The position numbers and the translations under genes are program-made. From positions 231,672 to 295,671 of the forward strand of contig JAFGAR010000028.1 of NCBI GenBank assembly GCA_016933575.1: a stretch of DNA of 64,000 nucleotides, written 5' to 3'. The notes under the pieces were generated by a model. That model saw nothing but the letters and a program-made list of their open reading frames with translations. It had not been told where the DNA came from and made no database searches. This DNA comes from Candidatus Thorarchaeota archaeon (lineage in GTDB: Archaea; Asgardarchaeota; Thorarchaeia; Thorarchaeales; Thorarchaeaceae). Shown here piece by piece: positions 49,447-59,495 of this stretch; position 1 is the first letter of the stretch, and the number at the start of each line of letters is the position of its first letter.

Positions 49447-49743
49447 CTAATTTTCATGTTCCATTTGTATGACAACCTTGCCTAATGCTAATCCATCCTC
49501 AAGATACCGCAATGCTTCCGGAGTCTTATGCAGTGGACAGCGTCTGTCAATAACGGGTCTGACTGCTCCAGATTCGAATAACTCTTCTAAAAAACCCATA
49601 TCCTCTTTATTGTAAGGTTCTCCCCATAAATTGAAACCTAAGTGTTTGCCATCCTCTCATGAATAACGTGGACCCAAAAAGACTGATTGAAAGATAGCAG
49701 ATCTGGAGCCGCCAATCATTACAAAGAGACCATTGGGCTTAAA
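49447..49743 (-). pseudogene. Truncated MDR oxidoreductase pseudogene (C-terminal third, internal stop)
   Basis: Manual translation FKPNGLFVMIGGSRSAIFQSVFLGPRYS*EDGKHLG ... LEELFESGAVRPVIDRRCPLHKTPEALRYLEDGLALGKVVIQMEHEN*, with an internal TGA at 49657-49659 and no 5' part. Confidence 0.8.
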
Positions 49744-49874
49744 CCGTAGTCTGTTGTCACAATTGCTTTCATTTGAAAATATATCCGTAATTTTCAAAGG
49801 AGGATTGGGTTCTATTTTATGTGTCTTGACTACTTTGGAAGAGGAGTAAAAATAACTGCATTTTGCGAGTTTGG

Positions 49875-50510
49875 TTAGAGAGAAAATCTGTCCTGTAAGA
49901 GCGATTCTAGCTCCTGCAATCGTCTCTCATACTCAACTCTCTTTGAATCAGTAATATTGGTCAAGGCGGCAAACTTACGTATTGCTTCAAGAAACTCAGG
50001 GTTCTGCTGCATCAACTCAGTATCCAATTCTTTTACTCCTCGTGAGTGGGATTTGCTCTTCGTGTAGGCAATTCCTCCCAGTATCGCCATCAAAATAAAC
50101 GAGGTTACAATTAGTGGTGGATAGAAGGAGTATGTCTGAAACTCAGGAATTATGAAATAGAGAACTATAGAGCTAAGGAAGAGAGCTGCGAAGAAGCACG
50201 CAAATAACATCCAATTCTCCACTGGATTTGGTCTTCGACTAGTCTTGATTGTCACAGTGACATATGACAACAACTCAGAATCATCTAGTGAGTCTATCTC
50301 CCACTCATTCAACCACATCATATTTTCTTCTTCTTTCTCATTGATAATGAAGTATGGATCCTGAGTTTGTTCTTCTTCGATTCTATATCGTTTCACTTTA
50401 TACTCAGCAAAATCTGAATCCAGTCGTAGAATGCTTTCCAATTTCTTACAACGTTCATCTCTATAGAACGAATCAATTGGTATATCTGCAATATCAACTT
50501 CAAAGCTCAC
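49875..50510 (-). CDS. Hypothetical membrane protein (2 TM)
   Basis: 211 aa, soluble N-terminus plus two TM helices; GGAG RBS before GTG. Confidence 0.7.
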   Translation of the reverse strand: MSFEVDIADIPIDSFYRDERCKKLESILRLDSDFAEYKVKRYRIEEEQTQDPYFIINEKEEENMMWLNEWEIDSLDDSELLSYVTVTIKTSRRPNPVENWMLFACFFAALFLSSIVLYFIIPEFQTYSFYPPLIVTSFILMAILGGIAYTKSKSHSRGVKELDTELMQQNPEFLEAIRKFAALTNITDSKRVEYERRLQELESLLQDRFSL

Positions 50511-50665
50511 ATATATCTACTCCAAAATGAAACAGGCAATACATCCACTATCTCTCGTTGAAGTTGAGGGCCTATAAACTTTAATTTTATTGAGAGAAAT
50601 CTCCCTCTGTTAATCAATTGAAAACGATGAGCAAGTTTTAAGGCATCAACGAAGAAAAGAAGGCT

Positions 50666-51157
50666 ATGATAGCCTCAGCAGAGATTTTGGAATTCCTTCA
50701 TAATAGGGGATTCTCTTATGCATCTGGAGTTCCCTGTTCATACTTTTCTCGTTTGATAAGTGAATTGGAGAAGGCAGACTATGTGAGATATATTCCTGCG
50801 ACAAGAGAGGATGAGGCAATAGGGATAGCGTCAGGTATAGCATTTGGTGGAAAACTATCCTTTGTTCTTATGCAAAACTCAGGATTCGCAACAATTGGAG
50901 ATGCACTTACTTCACTTGCACAACTATACAGGCTGCCAATGCTACTTATGATTAGTTGGCGAGGACTTGAAGCAGATCGTGATTTTCCAGAGCACTCTAT
51001 TATGGGAGAAGTGACAGAAGGAACTCTGACTAGCTATCGTATCCCCTATTGGGAGTTAAAACAGGATAACTGGCAGAAGATAATCCAATCTGCAGTAGAT
51101 AAAATGAAAGAAACATCAAGACCTGTTGCATTATTAGTCAAACAGGAGGTGCTGTGA
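50666..51157 (+). CDS. comD: Sulfopyruvate/phosphonopyruvate decarboxylase alpha subunit (ThDP PYR domain)
   Basis: SGVPCS, TREDEAIGIASG, LMQNSG, SWRG ... PEH. Confidence 0.75.
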   Translation: MIASAEILEFLHNRGFSYASGVPCSYFSRLISELEKADYVRYIPATREDEAIGIASGIAFGGKLSFVLMQNSGFATIGDALTSLAQLYRLPMLLMISWRGLEADRDFPEHSIMGEVTEGTLTSYRIPYWELKQDNWQKIIQSAVDKMKETSRPVALLVKQEVL

Positions 51158-51723
51158 TTTTGGAGGGTCATGAGTTAATCCAGCAACTTTCATCGTTCCT
51201 GACTGGAGATGAGATAATTGTCAGCAGTAATGGGAACATTAGCAGGCAGGTCTACCACTATTTGCCGCACCCACAGATTTACCTACGAGGAAGCATGGGA
51301 TTACCAATTTCAGTTGGTCTAGGATTGTCACTTGCGAAACCTGAACGAAAAGTCTTGACAGTGGTTGGCGATGGTAATCTTCTGATGGGATTAGGATCGT
51401 TAGCTACGATCTCTTTTGTCAGACCATCTAATCTCAAGATTATGATACTCGATAATAATGCGTATGCAACTACTGGAAACCAGCCGACCACTTCTGGAAT
51501 TTTAAATTATCCTCAATTGCTTGATGGATTTGGATTACCAAATGTTGTACCAGTCCTTCGAGAAGACACTCTTGATGATGCTAAGGAAAAGATTCAGCTA
51601 TGGATTGAATCTCCTGAACTCTGTGTTCTTCCTGCAATGGTCGATTCCAATCCACCAAAATTGAGTAACATACCTCTACATCCTGAAGAGATCACATCTT
51701 CACTATATGCCTCGATGAAATGA
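51154..51723 (+). CDS. comE: Sulfopyruvate/phosphonopyruvate decarboxylase beta subunit (ThDP PP domain)
   Basis: GSMGL, GDGNLLM ... LDNNAYATTGNQPT; 4-bp overlap with the alpha subunit. Confidence 0.75.
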   Translation: MILEGHELIQQLSSFLTGDEIIVSSNGNISRQVYHYLPHPQIYLRGSMGLPISVGLGLSLAKPERKVLTVVGDGNLLMGLGSLATISFVRPSNLKIMILDNNAYATTGNQPTTSGILNYPQLLDGFGLPNVVPVLREDTLDDAKEKIQLWIESPELCVLPAMVDSNPPKLSNIPLHPEEITSSLYASMK

Positions 51724-51769
51724 AACCCACTGATACTATGTTTGAAGACAAAGTAATCCTAGATATGTA

Positions 51770-52798
51770 CTATTGGACACCTTCAGGAAGATGAATTGCA
51801 AACTCACAATAATCATCACCTTTAGTCAAAGCTTTTGTCACTTCGATTTTTAACGGGGTCTCTAAAATTCCCTCAAGAAGACGTCTTGGCCAGCCTGCTG
51901 CACAATAGCAGAATGTCCCTGGCATTTCATCCCAAACATCTTTGAGAAGAGGGCAGAAACAGATTGCACGCTGTCTTTCTAGCCTTGTTTCAGCCTTTTC
52001 AAAGGCTTCCTTTCTGGCTGGACCTTTTCTATCATATATGATACGACCTTCTCTGCGGAGCTTTGGAAAGAAGTAGTGTCCCTCCTTCATAGCTTGAATC
52101 ACCGTATCAATACTCTTGGTCGCCCTGTAGAGGTCTCGCATCTCTTCAATTAATTCAGTAGGAAACTCGTGACCGCACCGTGAGAGAGCTTCATATTTTT
52201 GGTCCTCAGTGGCAACTTCATTAAGTTTCTCTAGGGCATCTCTAATGATTGATGCGCGCTGGGGTTGTTCAGTTTCGAGTGTCAGGTCTCTGAATCCACC
52301 TAGAGCATAGTCCTTCTTTTCCTTGCCAAGAACTCGTTCTACGTGATTTTCAACCCTATTCTCCCAATCGATAATCATAGCCTGAATCTCGACAACCGTG
52401 TTCTCAGGTTTCTCAAGATCTAAGTTCTGAAATTCTTCTCTTCCATTCTCTTGGATTGGATGCCCATGTTTGTATACCTCAGGGACCAGTTTGCGATACG
52501 AATCCATGATTGTATCATAAGGACCCCTATGAATTGTAGTTGCTGCGATTCCTCCTTCCAAGTAAATTACCTTGAAGTCTTTGTTATGAATCGTTTTTGA
52601 TAGGGGGAGGCAGACATCCATTGTCATTCCTTTTTCATCAGTAAGGGGGTAGTGGAGTACCACAAACGGAAAACCATCTGCTGCATTACCTGCGGCTCCT
52701 CTTAATTTCTCGAATACAACAGGAAGATCCTTTACATCTCCATGGATACGGTGGGTTAATACAAGATTATCCTTGATTTTCTTATAAGCCACTGTCAT
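51770..52798 (-). CDS. GyrI-like ligand-binding domain fused to a Cys-rich V4R/DUF6144-like domain
   Basis: ATTIHRGPYDTI ... GREEF (GyrI-like); RCGHEF, CFCPL, FCYCAAG, GDDYCEFAI. Confidence 0.8.
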   Translation of the reverse strand: MTVAYKKIKDNLVLTHRIHGDVKDLPVVFEKLRGAAGNAADGFPFVVLHYPLTDEKGMTMDVCLPLSKTIHNKDFKVIYLEGGIAATTIHRGPYDTIMDSYRKLVPEVYKHGHPIQENGREEFQNLDLEKPENTVVEIQAMIIDWENRVENHVERVLGKEKKDYALGGFRDLTLETEQPQRASIIRDALEKLNEVATEDQKYEALSRCGHEFPTELIEEMRDLYRATKSIDTVIQAMKEGHYFFPKLRREGRIIYDRKGPARKEAFEKAETRLERQRAICFCPLLKDVWDEMPGTFCYCAAGWPRRLLEGILETPLKIEVTKALTKGDDYCEFAIHLPEGVQ

Positions 52799-52897
52799 TT
52801 TTGGCACCCAATATTGATTGCTGATGAAACATCGCAACTAATTAAGGATGGATTTCAAAGCAAGAATAAGGAATTCACCACACCTCTATTATAATGT

Positions 52898-54595
52898 TCA
52901 TGAATATGATAATCGTCTATTTCGTACAATGTGCCGGACCATCAAGAAGAGAACAATTAGCTCAGAACCTAAGCCAGCTAGTAATATACTATTAAGAAGG
53001 AAAACAGAGTTAAGCTCATCAGTCAGGTCGGAAGGCAAGGTAGTTGTAGTTATGGAAGAACTAGGTGGGGAAGTAGTGCTAGTTGTTGTAGTTGTAGAAG
53101 TAGTCAAAGGAATATCTTCCCATTCATCTTCAATTTCAATTATGAAACCAGTGAGGTCTTCATTTGTTGAATTCAATGGATTGATAATCTCAAAGTCGAG
53201 GGAATTTACCGCACCGCCTAACATGATATTATGATATGGAGTTGCAGTAACTGTAAACCCAATATCCTCCGCACTCCCACCCAGATATGAAGAGAACAGT
53301 AACTGATCACCACCACTAGATAGTTTCAAGATAAAACAATCTCCTAGACCATCATAGATGCCATCAATTGAGTCCTCAAGTGGGAAATTTGGTGAATATG
53401 TATAACCAGTAACAAATACGCAGTGGTCATTATCAACAAAAAGTCCTAGAGGATAGTCAATTCCTGAACCGCCAAAACCAGTTGTATGGAGAAGATTCCC
53501 AGTGTTGGTAAACTTCGCAACAAAAGCTGATGGATTCGAACCTATGCTGTGATTGAGAGTAATGGTTCCAGTTGTGGATCCAGTCAAGTAGATATATCCA
53601 AGATCATCAACACATATACCTCCGACTTCATCACTGTCGATACTGCCAAAATATGATCCTGATAAAAAGCCTCCATTAGGACTAACCTTCCAAAAAAAGA
53701 TGTCTCTTGTAGGTGCATTATATTCTATTGCATTGTTTGTGATTCGAAGGTCTGGCGAAGTTGTTGAACCAATAATATAGGAATTCCGCGCTTCATCCAA
53801 GAAGAGTGATGAAGTACCTTGTGCAGTTTCGCTACCAGAACCACCAACATATGTAGAAAAAACTAGCTGACCATTGTGGTCAAGCTTGAGAAGGAAAAGG
53901 TCAGAATTGCCACTCAAGCTACGGTCAATAGAGTTCATTGTTGGAAAATCTTCCGATCGCGTCCATCCACAGATATACGCATTATAAGATGTGTCGACCT
54001 TTATTGTCGTACCAAAATCCAAACCCCATCCTCCTATGAAAGTCGAATATTGGAATGAACCTCCATCTGAACTTAATCTTAGAGCAAAACAATCGCTAAT
54101 GTCATTTTGTTCGTCTTGCCAGGGATGAACAAGCGGAAAGTCGGAACTTCCTGTTGTTCCAGTCATATAGACTCTTCCCAAATCATCAACATCAATGGAG
54201 CAGGCTCCGATTGGATTTAGGTCTGGAGACCCCTCATATCCAGATCCTCCGATGTATGTCAGATATTCAATCCCTCGGGATGAATTGAGTTTCATCACAT
54301 AATAGTCACTGCAAGCTGAATATTCAAACCTAAGATTTCCTCCGGATGGTATATTCTGGGAAAATGTTCGTCCTGCGATGTATGTATTGTTCGAATCATC
54401 AACCACGATGCAATCAATAGTATCATCCATCGACCCACCAATGTAAGTGGAGAATGCCACCTCAGAGAGGATTGTGTGGTCATTCAAATCTCTGCTGTTC
54501 CTATAGAGAGGACTATGGATAAAATTAGAACATACTGGGAGTATACTACATCCAATCAAAATTAGGAAGAGTATACAGCCACCCTTTCCTTTCAA
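52898..54595 (-). CDS. SBBP-repeat beta-propeller surface protein with Thr-rich stalk and C-terminal TM
   Basis: Repeated STYIGGS.D ... VD ... YxxGxTxSxDFP units; TTSTTTTTSTTS linker. Confidence 0.88.
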   Translation of the reverse strand: MKGKGGCILFLILIGCSILPVCSNFIHSPLYRNSRDLNDHTILSEVAFSTYIGGSMDDTIDCIVVDDSNNTYIAGRTFSQNIPSGGNLRFEYSACSDYYVMKLNSSRGIEYLTYIGGSGYEGSPDLNPIGACSIDVDDLGRVYMTGTTGSSDFPLVHPWQDEQNDISDCFALRLSSDGGSFQYSTFIGGWGLDFGTTIKVDTSYNAYICGWTRSEDFPTMNSIDRSLSGNSDLFLLKLDHNGQLVFSTYVGGSGSETAQGTSSLFLDEARNSYIIGSTTSPDLRITNNAIEYNAPTRDIFFWKVSPNGGFLSGSYFGSIDSDEVGGICVDDLGYIYLTGSTTGTITLNHSIGSNPSAFVAKFTNTGNLLHTTGFGGSGIDYPLGLFVDNDHCVFVTGYTYSPNFPLEDSIDGIYDGLGDCFILKLSSGGDQLLFSSYLGGSAEDIGFTVTATPYHNIMLGGAVNSLDFEIINPLNSTNEDLTGFIIEIEDEWEDIPLTTSTTTTTSTTSPPSSSITTTTLPSDLTDELNSVFLLNSILLAGLGSELIVLFLMVRHIVRNRRLSYS

Positions 54596-54678
54596 TTATC
54601 CCACCTATGAATCTGCAATGATCCTTGATTATCAATAGATTCCAATGTTTTAACTCTAATGAATCAAGAAATCGCGTT

Positions 54679-55974
54679 CTATCCGAGTTCATTCTTCTTT
54701 GAGTATCTAAGGTATAGTAGGAGTACAAAAACACCAATTGCTATCAGAATAAGGGCTGCTACAAAACTTCCTCTATAGGCATCAGCATTTGATAGTCCGT
54801 TGGCTATTAACAGGTCAGCAACAGGGCCTGCAACTAACGTAGCTGCAATCCCCCAACTCAAGAAGAAGGTTGCATTGTAGTAGGCAAAAAGTCGCCCTCG
54901 AAATTCTTCAGGAGCCATCTTAGCCACAATTGAATAACTAGATGACTGGATTACTACTTGAGCAGCTCCAATTAGAAAGGATGCAATTAGAGATAATGCA
55001 AATGTTGGAGTGACAATCAACCATAAGATAGCCACAACTGATAGCAAGATACCTGATATCATCACTTTGTTATCATTGACCTTGGCGATGAGAGACCCTA
55101 GTAACAATCCAGCAATCATTGATGCGATGCTACCAACATTACTGAATAGAGCTATCTCTTCACCAGATGCACCGAAAGCAGTCGGATCTTCCAAGAATAG
55201 ACTTGTAATTATTGATATAGAATTTCTACCGAAATTCAAGAAGATCAAAGCTATTATGAAAATTAAAAATCCAACACGGAGTTTTGATGGTAAATCTCTC
55301 AGATGACTCTTCTCAGGAGATTTAGGAGGTTCTAACTCATTCTTTGTCTTTACATTTCCAAGTCGAATTGAGAAATAGACAATGAAACTGGATATTATCA
55401 TCACAACCGCAGCAATATTGAAGATACTCCCATTGGTAAATCCTAAACCATCATTGTAAAGAAAGCCTCCAAGATATGCACCACCAATCCCACCTAATCC
55501 ACCAATGATTGAGAATTGCCCCATCAGTTTCTTACGTTCATCAATCTCAGTCACCTCAGAAACTAATGCAGACCAACCGACATTGGACATGCTCCAAAAT
55601 ACTTCGATTCCACCGAGGGAGAGTATAATCACATACCCAGCAATAATCAACTGATTTAATGCAAGGAAATGAATATACGCTAAGACCATAATAAAATGGC
55701 CTAATCCAGCCGTGAACTCGCCCACAGCAACGAATTCTATAGGTCTCCGATATTTGTCCAGTAGACCGCCCCAGAGGAAAGACTGAGCCATAGTGTTGGC
55801 AATCATGCCTACAGTTGCCATCAATGTCACTTCTGTGGTTGAAAGGCCCAGTGACCGAAGGTAAATTGAGAGGAATGTATAGACTATCGCTCTTCTAAAA
55901 AAGCTGAGAATTTGAAAGGTAGAGAGTCCAGTAAATTCACTACCTCTGAGTTTGGAATAGTCTAAAATTCTCAA
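54679..55974 (-). CDS. MFS transporter
   Basis: About 12 TM; WGGLLDKYRR and APEEFRGRLFAYYN motifs. Confidence 0.88.
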   Translation of the reverse strand: MRILDYSKLRGSEFTGLSTFQILSFFRRAIVYTFLSIYLRSLGLSTTEVTLMATVGMIANTMAQSFLWGGLLDKYRRPIEFVAVGEFTAGLGHFIMVLAYIHFLALNQLIIAGYVIILSLGGIEVFWSMSNVGWSALVSEVTEIDERKKLMGQFSIIGGLGGIGGAYLGGFLYNDGLGFTNGSIFNIAAVVMIISSFIVYFSIRLGNVKTKNELEPPKSPEKSHLRDLPSKLRVGFLIFIIALIFLNFGRNSISIITSLFLEDPTAFGASGEEIALFSNVGSIASMIAGLLLGSLIAKVNDNKVMISGILLSVVAILWLIVTPTFALSLIASFLIGAAQVVIQSSSYSIVAKMAPEEFRGRLFAYYNATFFLSWGIAATLVAGPVADLLIANGLSNADAYRGSFVAALILIAIGVFVLLLYLRYSKKNELG

Positions 55975-56101
55975 CTTGACGGTTCATCGCCTAGTTCGGT
56001 CTTAAATACCATTTCCTTGATACAAGAGGTGTTATCTGTAAAATCCTCTATCTTTTACTTACAAGAAAAAACATATTGTATACGGGTTGAAAATAAAGGA
56101 G

Positions 56102-56121
56102 AAGGAGCCCTCAGGCTCCTT
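56102..56121 (-). terminator. Hairpin downstream of the beta-helix surface protein gene
   Basis: aaggagcc-ctca-ggctcctt, a perfect 8-bp stem, followed on the minus strand by ctcctttattttc. Confidence 0.6.
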
Positions 56122-56128
56122 AGCAGCA

Positions 56129-58357
56129 CTAACTACTTTTCTTCTTGTACATGATCACTACAAGTACAATAACCAAGATCGCTCCTCCACCTCCAATTGC
56201 TAACATGAGTGTGGTTGTATCGATAGGTGGTGCTGGTTCATTTACAGTGATCTTTATGGTGACAGATACAGAATGGGAGTAGATGTCTGTGACAGTGATC
56301 TCTACATAATAGACTCCGGGACTAAGAAATGTCGCATTAGTCAGCAGTCCACTAGCACTGATAGCAAAGCTAGCAGTATCATTTACTGCCCATGAAGCAA
56401 TACCAGAGGGATCACTTGCTTGAAGCTGGTAAGAGAGAGACTCGCCATAATCTAGAGTCTGGTCTTGAGGAGTCACAGTCCAAGCTGGAGCCATGGTGTC
56501 AACCACTGTCAATGTTGATTGATTCATTAACCAATGTCCAGATATGTGATATACAATAAGTGTAACATTGTATTCACCGACAGGAAGTCCGTCTACATCA
56601 GCAGCAATATGACCACCATCCCAAGTGACATTACCCTGAGAAACGCCATCAATAAGAAGTTCGTATCTCCCAGGATTCAGTGCACTCGAATTCCAGGTCA
56701 TGGTGTTTCCTGTGGTTCCAACCTCATATTCTGAAGGAGTAGTGACGCCACAATAGAGACTCATGGAAGGATAGTAATCAACAGCTTCAGCTATACCAAA
56801 AATCGAATACGTGCCAGTACCATTGTAGTCACTATACCAGTTGCCGACTCCTGATATGTTCCAATAGTTATAGCCCCAAGTGTCTACAGCTAGATATTCT
56901 CCACACCAGCCAATATCGTTGTAATAGACATAGTTGTCATATGTCAAACCGTCGAGTACAATTCCAGAACCATAATTATCATAGATCACGTTATATGAGA
57001 TGTCCCACCCACTAGATTCCTCGACAAAGAGACCGTCATACTCACTATCAAAGATAGTATTTCCAATCATCTCTCCAAAGTCACTCATATAAACAGTGAT
57101 TCCATTCTCTGAATTATGTCCTAATATATTATGAAGTAGTGATGTATAGTTACTCTCCTGTACTCGAATACCACATTCGGGACCTCCACTGCTTAATCCA
57201 TAAGAATTGTAAATCTCATTTTCTTCAATTGTTACATTGTGTGATTGATATATTTGCATTCCATGGTCCCACGAGTGATTGAGATAATTGTTAGCGATGT
57301 TACAGAAATCTGAGTTGCTTAATGTAATGCCTGTAAGAATATTCGACCAGAATTCGTTCCCAATAATCTGACAGTAGTCAGAGTAGTAAGTGCAGACACC
57401 ACATCCTGGACCGGATGTGATTCCTTCACCATTATCTTCGATGAAGTTATTCTGAATTAAGCAATAATCAGAATCCTCAAGATAGACACCATGAATCCAG
57501 TTATGAGAGATATGATTCTCAAAAATTGTCACATTATTTGTTTCTTCAATTGTAATTCCGTTATCCATATTTTCAGTAATGTTGTTCTGTGCAATAAATA
57601 GAAGTAAGCTTTCAACAATATAGATACCGCAGACCGGGCCGATTCCACCCCCTTCATTCCAATAGAGGGTGTTTTCAATAATATCCATATCATAACATCC
57701 ACCGAAAAAGATGCCATGATTGTCAAACTCGAAGACGGTGTTATTGTACAGAGTTATCTCTTCACAATACTCGCCATAGATACCTGCATCAGTTCCAGGC
57801 TGTCCCTGAATGATGCAGTTACTTATAGAGCAATGATCTGAAAACTCCAAATAGACACCATTGGTTCCCTCTGTAGGATGTACAGTGATATGACATCCAA
57901 TCACATCTATTCCAGTCACATTTGCTAGTACAATCCCATAATATGTATCTACTATCAAGCAGTTTTGAATGACACCACTAGTCGCATTTCGTAGATGTAT
58001 CGCAGCAAGCGCATATGTAAGATTGCAATCCTGAATTATGAAATTGTATCTTGTATTCGTAATTTCGATGAGAAATTCTTCGTCAACAATCTCATAACCC
58101 TCAATCACAAAGGGATCCCCACTTGACCCATCACCTTCCCATTCCTCAAATGCAGCCATAGCAAGAAACTCATCATCACCATCAATGGAGATGTAGGAGT
58201 GAGATTCATATGATAATGCAGTAGTGGGAACTTGTTTGATGACTGATGGATTAGAAATTGCGATATTGCTGGTCGTTGGATTCATTAATGGAACCGACAT
58301 TGACACCAGAAGTATAGAAATTAGCAATAGACTGAAAGTCCATTTAATGTGCTTCAC
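56129..58357 (-). CDS. Right-handed parallel beta-helix (NosD/pectin-lyase-like) surface protein with Ig-like domains and C-terminal TM
   Basis: WEGDGSSGDPFVIEGYEI, many GIxxxxSxxxxIxxNxIxxN repeats, GNWYSDY, C-terminal TM plus KKK. GTG 58357 has a GAGGTGG RBS and is followed by a signal peptide. Confidence 0.88.
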   Translation of the reverse strand: MKHIKWTFSLLLISILLVSMSVPLMNPTTSNIAISNPSVIKQVPTTALSYESHSYISIDGDDEFLAMAAFEEWEGDGSSGDPFVIEGYEIVDEEFLIEITNTRYNFIIQDCNLTYALAAIHLRNATSGVIQNCLIVDTYYGIVLANVTGIDVIGCHITVHPTEGTNGVYLEFSDHCSISNCIIQGQPGTDAGIYGEYCEEITLYNNTVFEFDNHGIFFGGCYDMDIIENTLYWNEGGGIGPVCGIYIVESLLLFIAQNNITENMDNGITIEETNNVTIFENHISHNWIHGVYLEDSDYCLIQNNFIEDNGEGITSGPGCGVCTYYSDYCQIIGNEFWSNILTGITLSNSDFCNIANNYLNHSWDHGMQIYQSHNVTIEENEIYNSYGLSSGGPECGIRVQESNYTSLLHNILGHNSENGITVYMSDFGEMIGNTIFDSEYDGLFVEESSGWDISYNVIYDNYGSGIVLDGLTYDNYVYYNDIGWCGEYLAVDTWGYNYWNISGVGNWYSDYNGTGTYSIFGIAEAVDYYPSMSLYCGVTTPSEYEVGTTGNTMTWNSSALNPGRYELLIDGVSQGNVTWDGGHIAADVDGLPVGEYNVTLIVYHISGHWLMNQSTLTVVDTMAPAWTVTPQDQTLDYGESLSYQLQASDPSGIASWAVNDTASFAISASGLLTNATFLSPGVYYVEITVTDIYSHSVSVTIKITVNEPAPPIDTTTLMLAIGGGGAILVIVLVVIMYKKKSS

Positions 58358-58679
58358 ATTTCCACCTCGTAGATTGAAACGGCAAACAAAATCAAAAGTG
58401 TCTTGATATACTTTTTCATAATAAGACCAATTGAACTCTATTTTCTCAATTGAATAAGGTCTCATAATCATGGATACTACTAGAAATGCAATTAGCATGA
58501 GTTATACAGTAGTCGGACTAAACAACTCCACACACTAGCTTGTTGCATACGAAATCTCAAAACGTGCCCTTACAAACCAATATTTAGTAATATCGAGTTT
58601 CTGAACATAATGTTTTCTCGGATTTTCTGAGAGAAGTGAACATAAATCAGATGAAATAAGGAACCTTGAGGTAATTCTG

Positions 58680-59471
58680 ATGGTTAGGAATGCACTAGCA
58701 TTACAGCGTGCAAATGTGAAAGATGCAGAGGTATTGACTGAAACCTGCAAAAGAGCGTTTGATTCAGACTCAGAGTATGGGTCTCCTGGTCCAGGTGGCC
58801 CACCAGGGTATGATTCACTCGAATGGAACATGAGCATCATTAACAACCAATACCTACAATATTACAAGATTGTTTCAGAAGATGATATCGTAGGGGGATT
58901 CATTGTTGCAGATAGGGGACCGGACTACCAAGTATGTGAACGAATATGGTTAGATCCTGAAAACATGAGAAAGGGACTTGGAACAAGAGTTTTCAAATTG
59001 GTCTGTGAACTCTATCCGTCCGCAGAGGTATGGGTGCTAGGTACTCCTGAATGGAACACAAGAACAAACCCGTTCTATCAAAGCTTGGGTTTTGTCCAAA
59101 TAGGAAAGACACACGATTATTCGTGGGATGGTATCTATTATGAGAAGAAGATTATAGATGGTTTCCCGAAAGCTATGTCCAAGATTGAAGATTTCAGGGA
59201 AGGTCAACAGAGGATTATCGTAGAAGGAAATGTTGAGAAAATATCAAGCACACGTATAGTTAAATCCCGGAAAACGGGCGAAGAACTCAAAGTGGCGAAT
59301 GCGACGCTCTCTGATGATACAGGGTCAATCAAACTAGTCCTCTGGAACCAACAAATACCTCAGGTTAGAAAAGATACTAACATTCGAATAGAGGAAGGAT
59401 TCGCCAAATACTATAGAGATGAACTACAGTTGAGTATAGGGCAGTGGGGTTTGGTTGTCACGCTTCTCTGA
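58680..59471 (+). CDS. GNAT acetyltransferase fused to an SSB/RPA-type OB-fold
   Basis: RIWLDPENMRKGLG ... TPEWNTRTNPFYQSLGF (GNAT); EGNVEKIS ... KVANATLSDDTGSIKLVLWNQQI ... ELQLSIGQWG (OB). Confidence 0.85.
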   Translation: MVRNALALQRANVKDAEVLTETCKRAFDSDSEYGSPGPGGPPGYDSLEWNMSIINNQYLQYYKIVSEDDIVGGFIVADRGPDYQVCERIWLDPENMRKGLGTRVFKLVCELYPSAEVWVLGTPEWNTRTNPFYQSLGFVQIGKTHDYSWDGIYYEKKIIDGFPKAMSKIEDFREGQQRIIVEGNVEKISSTRIVKSRKTGEELKVANATLSDDTGSIKLVLWNQQIPQVRKDTNIRIEEGFAKYYRDELQLSIGQWGLVVTLL

Positions 59472-59495
59472 AATTCATCTTCGTTAGAAATTGGC

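Noticed and set aside
49657-49659. In-frame TGA as possible selenocysteine
   Set aside because: It lies at a non-catalytic position in a fragment lacking its 5' two-thirds; pseudogene decay is the simpler explanation.
53030-53110. gtagtt/gttgta low-complexity repeats
   Set aside because: They encode the Thr/Ser-rich stalk of the SBBP protein; not a CRISPR array or independent repeat.
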